Below, piece by piece: positions 33,224 through 36,561 of a stretch of DNA of 36,561 bases. Made by a program: the position numbers and the translations under genes. Source of the DNA: Octopus bimaculoides (lineage: Eukaryota); NCBI RefSeq assembly GCF_001194135.2, contig NC_069009.1, forward strand, positions 2,453,421-2,489,981. Reading direction: 5' to 3'. The notes beneath the pieces were generated by a model, which saw only the letters and a list, made by a program, of their open reading frames with translations, ran no database searches and had not been told where the DNA came from. Positions within the stretch are counted from its first letter, which is position 1. Each line of letters opens with the position of its first letter.

Positions 33224-33268
33224 TTGCTACTGATGATGTGCCATGACACAGAAATCCTCATTCAGCAA
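33224..33268 (+). ncRNA. Minimal type I hammerhead-like motif (probably degenerate)
   Basis: TTGCT-A-CTGATGA-TGTG(CCATGA)CACA-GAAA-T(CCTC)A-T-T-C-AGCAA. Both cores are exact, stem II is a perfect 4 bp, stem I is TTGCT/AGCAA with a mismatch next to the core. Confidence 0.45.
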
Positions 33269-33543
33269 TTTCACTGATGCTGCTGCTCCTGGACATTTTT
33301 GTCTACTTCTGATATACATCTGTGCTTTACAACAGTATACATCTATATAAGAAGCTTTCTCAAGACGAATACCACAGTGTTGTGGCTTTCTATGGTATAG
33401 CCACCAGGCACATGCCACCAGTAATTACACAGGGTAGGCAGTTGGTGACCTTTATTTAGTAAATGATGATGGATTTTTCCCTTATGAGGTTTTTTCATGC
33501 TAACTACTTGATAAATTCTTATAAAGACTTTATCCTATACTTG

Positions 33544-33579
<36 letters not shown>

Positions 33580-34181
33580 NNNNNNNNNNNNNNNNNNNNN
33601 NNNNNNNNNNNNNNNNNNNNNNNNNNNNNNNNNNNNNNNNNNNNNNNNNNNNNNNNNNNNNNNNNNNNNNNNNNNNNNNNNNNNNNNNNNNNNNNNNNNN
33701 NNNNNNNNNNNNNNNNNNNNNNNNNNNNNNNNNNNNNNNNNNNNNNNNNNNNNNNNNNNNNNNNNNNNNNNNNNNNNNNNNNNNNNNNNNNNNNNNNNNN
33801 NNNNNNNNNNNNNNNNNNNNNNNNNNNNNNNNNNNNNNNNNNNNNNNNNNNNNNNNNNNNNNNNNNNNNNNNNNNNNNNNNNNNNNNNNNNNNNNNNNNN
33901 NNNNNNNNNNNNNNNNNNNNNNNNNNNNNNNNNNNNNNNNNNNNNNNNNNNNNNNNNNNNNNNNNNNNNNNNNNNNNNNNNNNNNNNNNNNNNNNNNNNN
34001 NNNNNNNNNNNNNNNNNNNNNNNNNNNNNNNNNNNNNNNNNNNNNNNNNNNNNNNNNNNNNNNNNNNNNNNNNNNNNNNNNNNNNNNNNNNNNNNNNNNN
34101 NNNNNNNNNNNNNNNNNNNNNNNNNNNNNNNNNNNNNNNNNNNNNNNNATATATATATATATATATACATACATTTATATG

Positions 34182-34333
34182 ACAGGCTTCTTTCAGTTTT
34201 CGTATACCAAATCCACTCACATGGCTTCGGTCGGCCTGAGGCTATAGTAGAAGACACTTGCCCAAGGTGCCATGCAGTGGGACTGAACCCAGAACCATGT
34301 GGTTGGTAAGCAAGCCACTTACCACACAGCCAC
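34182..34333 (-). mobile_element. SINE family B head
   Basis: caggcttctttcagtttt...aaatccactcac...gacacttgcccaaggtgcc...accacacagccac. Confidence 0.88.
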
Positions 34334-34915
34334 AAATAGATTTTAATTAGATTATTTCAGTAATCCACAATAACAAAGAAGTCAAAGTCAAGAAGACAAA
34401 CTAGATAAGTGTAATTGGTATGTATTGCCTTTTGACAAAATGGCCAGATATTTCAGTTTCCATTTGATCAAAGAAGGCTCTTTCCTGAACAGATGAAAGT
34501 TACTTATGTGAATAAATACATGTATGTCAACGACAATGAAGAATGGAACGTATGAAGTGTAAGAACAAATAGAGTAGTTGCTGAAAATTGAATCAGGAAT
34601 ACAAAATCACCAAGCAGTTGAAAATTGAATTAAGGAAAATGCGAAAATGCCTGCATGCAATTTCAAAAACTTGTAAAATTGTGAGTTGAAATATAGCACA
34701 GTTTAACATGTATGAACATGCGAGTAAGTGTATATTTAGGTATGTCTATGTGTGTGTGTGTGTGTATATAGATATATATACATATATATACATACATATA
34801 CATATACATATATTACATATATGTATATATAATATATATATATGTGTGTATATATTATATATACATGTATACATATATAATATATATATATGTTATACAC
34901 ATACATACATATATA

Positions 34916-35115
34916 CAAGGAGGAGTTGAAAAGTTCCTGGCTTTGGGTAATAGAAAATACTGGAGGATCAATTAATTATGATTTTATTCAACATATTCCC
35001 CTCTTAGATTCACACACTTGTTGCAGCGGTCCTTCAGTTTTTCTAAGCACTGTAAAAGAACTTTGAAGTTTAGGCCTTCAACCAGGCCTTTCACAATAGC
35101 CTTAACCTTTTCAAC
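34916..35115 (-). mobile_element. Mariner 3' end remnant with TIR
   Basis: Plus strand TA|CAAGGAGGAGTTGAAAAGTTCC is a mariner-like TIR. Minus strand 34984-35114 ends LEKLKDRCNKCVNLRGEYVE*, the mariner C-terminal R..KC....G.YVE* pattern. Confidence 0.78.
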
Positions 35116-35140
35116 ATGCCCTCATATATATATATACATT

Positions 35141-35185
<45 letters not shown>

Positions 35186-35747
35186 NNNNNNNNNNNNNNN
35201 NNNNNNNNNNNNNNNNNNNNNNNNNNNNNNNNNNNNNNNNNNNNNNNNNNNNNNNNNNNNNNNNNNNNNNNNNNNNNNNNNNNNNNNNNNNNNNNNNNNN
35301 NNNNNNNNNNNNNNNNNNNNNNNNNNNNNNNNNNNNNNNNNNNNNNNNNNNNNNNNNNNNNNNNNNNNNNNNNNNNNNNNNNNNNNNNNNNNNNNNNNNN
35401 NNNNNNNNNNNNNNNNNNNNNNNNNNNNNNNNNNNNNNNNNNNNNNNNNNNNNNNNNNNNNNNNNNNNNNNNNNNNNNNNNNNNNNNNNNNNNNNNNNNN
35501 NNNNNNNNNNNNNNNNNNNNNNNNNNNNNNNNNNNNNNNNNNNNNNNNNNNNNNNNNNNNNNNNNNNNNNNNNNNNNNNNNNNNNNNNNNNNNNNNNNNN
35601 NNNNNNNNNNNNNNNNNNNNNNNNNNNNNNNNNNNNNNNNNNNNNNNNNNNNNTATATGAGGAAATAATCTATTCTCAAATGCAGACAGATAACAGATTT
35701 TCTGGCTGGTGACAGATTTACAGATTTTTCTGTAAATCATGGATAAT

Positions 35748-35860
35748 TTATCCTGTTCATGCTATTATATTACCATTATTCTGTGTCTGAGAATAAACCA
35801 TTTCCTTATCTGTATCTTTCGAAACATCTCAATGCTTCTAAAGCAAACTTTGTTTACTTT
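35748..35860. repeat. Diverged copy of the interspersed repeat at 13160-13312
   Basis: Shared blocks ttatcctgttca.gctatattatta.cattattctg and acatctcaa.gcttctaaagcaaactttgttt. Confidence 0.7.
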
Positions 35861-35891
35861 GAATGTAAGTTGAATATATATATACATATAT

Positions 35892-35982
35892 ATACAAAGT
35901 TAATTGCAGAATAAAACCATTAGGTCATCGACTCAAAAATCCACAGCCCACCAACGGTTTTATTCTGCAATTAACTTTGTAT
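35892..35982. repeat. Short inverted repeat (27-bp perfect arms, 37-bp spacer)
   Basis: atacaaagttaattgcagaataaaacc (35892-35918) pairs with ggttttattctgcaattaactttgtat (35956-35982). Confidence 0.92.
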
Positions 35983-36500
35983 CTTTGTCTCAACTAGTTT
36001 GAGCATTTCTTTTACAGCTTTGTATAAATTCTTGGTTTTCTAATACAAAACTGTTAATATTGAATAATTATACATATATATACATATATTTATATATATA
36101 CATATATACATATATACATACATACATGCATACATATATACATATATATATATACATGCATACATATATACATATATACATACATATATACACATACATA
36201 CATACATACATACATACGTATATGCATATATGTATATATGAGTGTGTGTGTGAATATATATATGTATATGTCTATGTATACAGTTGTATACACATACATG
36301 ATAGATGAAAGGCAAAATGCAGTGAGGTGTAATATAAGTGATAAAAATTGTGATAGTACATGCATATGTATATGTCTGGGTATATATATATGTATTAATG
36401 TTTGGCACAGTTCCATGTAACTTAAATTTTCATAGGCTTGTAGAATGAACCTAACACACACACACACATACATACATACATACATACATACATACATACA

Positions 36501-36561
<61 letters not shown>

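Noticed and set aside
33227-33418. Minus-strand ORF containing HCGIRLEKASY, loosely like the TIMP CGV.L....Y motif
   Set aside because: It is on the wrong strand for a canonical nested TIMP, has no other TIMP motifs or convincing splice sites, and the match is too short.
35753-35790. Plus-strand TGT TCA TGC (C-S-C), resembling a mature TIMP N-terminus
   Set aside because: It lies inside the dispersed repeat shared with 13160-13312, has no signal peptide upstream, and the frame closes quickly.
367-36521. Most entries in the supplied six-frame ORF track (YIYIYI, THTHTH, CVCVCV, poly-X, poly-I/N/T)
   Set aside because: They are translations of (TA)n, (CA)n, (AAT)n and (GGT)n microsatellites or of N-gaps, with no coding signal.

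Overview
Eukaryotic genomic DNA from a draft assembly with 17 N-gaps, most flanked by microsatellites. The AT-rich, (TA)n/(CA)n/(AAT)n-dense sequence and its SINE families suggest a cephalopod, probably Octopus (inference, not database-checked). The one clear gene is the 3' half of synapsin on the minus strand. Seven exons (31904-31966, 30738-30880, 29705-29779, 28516-28618, 27315-27424, 23099-23200, 21192-21465) have GT/AG boundaries and consistent phases, and splice into 870 nt (289 aa + TGA). They cover the C-terminal part of ATP-grasp domain C, a Pro/Gln-rich region and domain E (EDTMQNLRKTFAGIFGDM*). Upstream exons lie beyond 36561 or in gaps. The rest is intronic or intergenic repeat: several SINE families (one forming a same-strand array at 11.4-15.1 kb), Tc1 and mariner remnants, RTE, R4-like and Penelope-like retroelement remnants, minisatellites and three fold-back inverted repeats. 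Most worth following up: the intron above 31966 is the position that hosts TIMP in other animals; several hammerhead-ribozyme-like motifs; a frame-preserving 102-nt synapsin exon; and two 110-bp-arm palindromes. Almost all entries in the supplied ORF track are microsatellite or N artefacts. Repeat boundaries are approximate and were read by eye.
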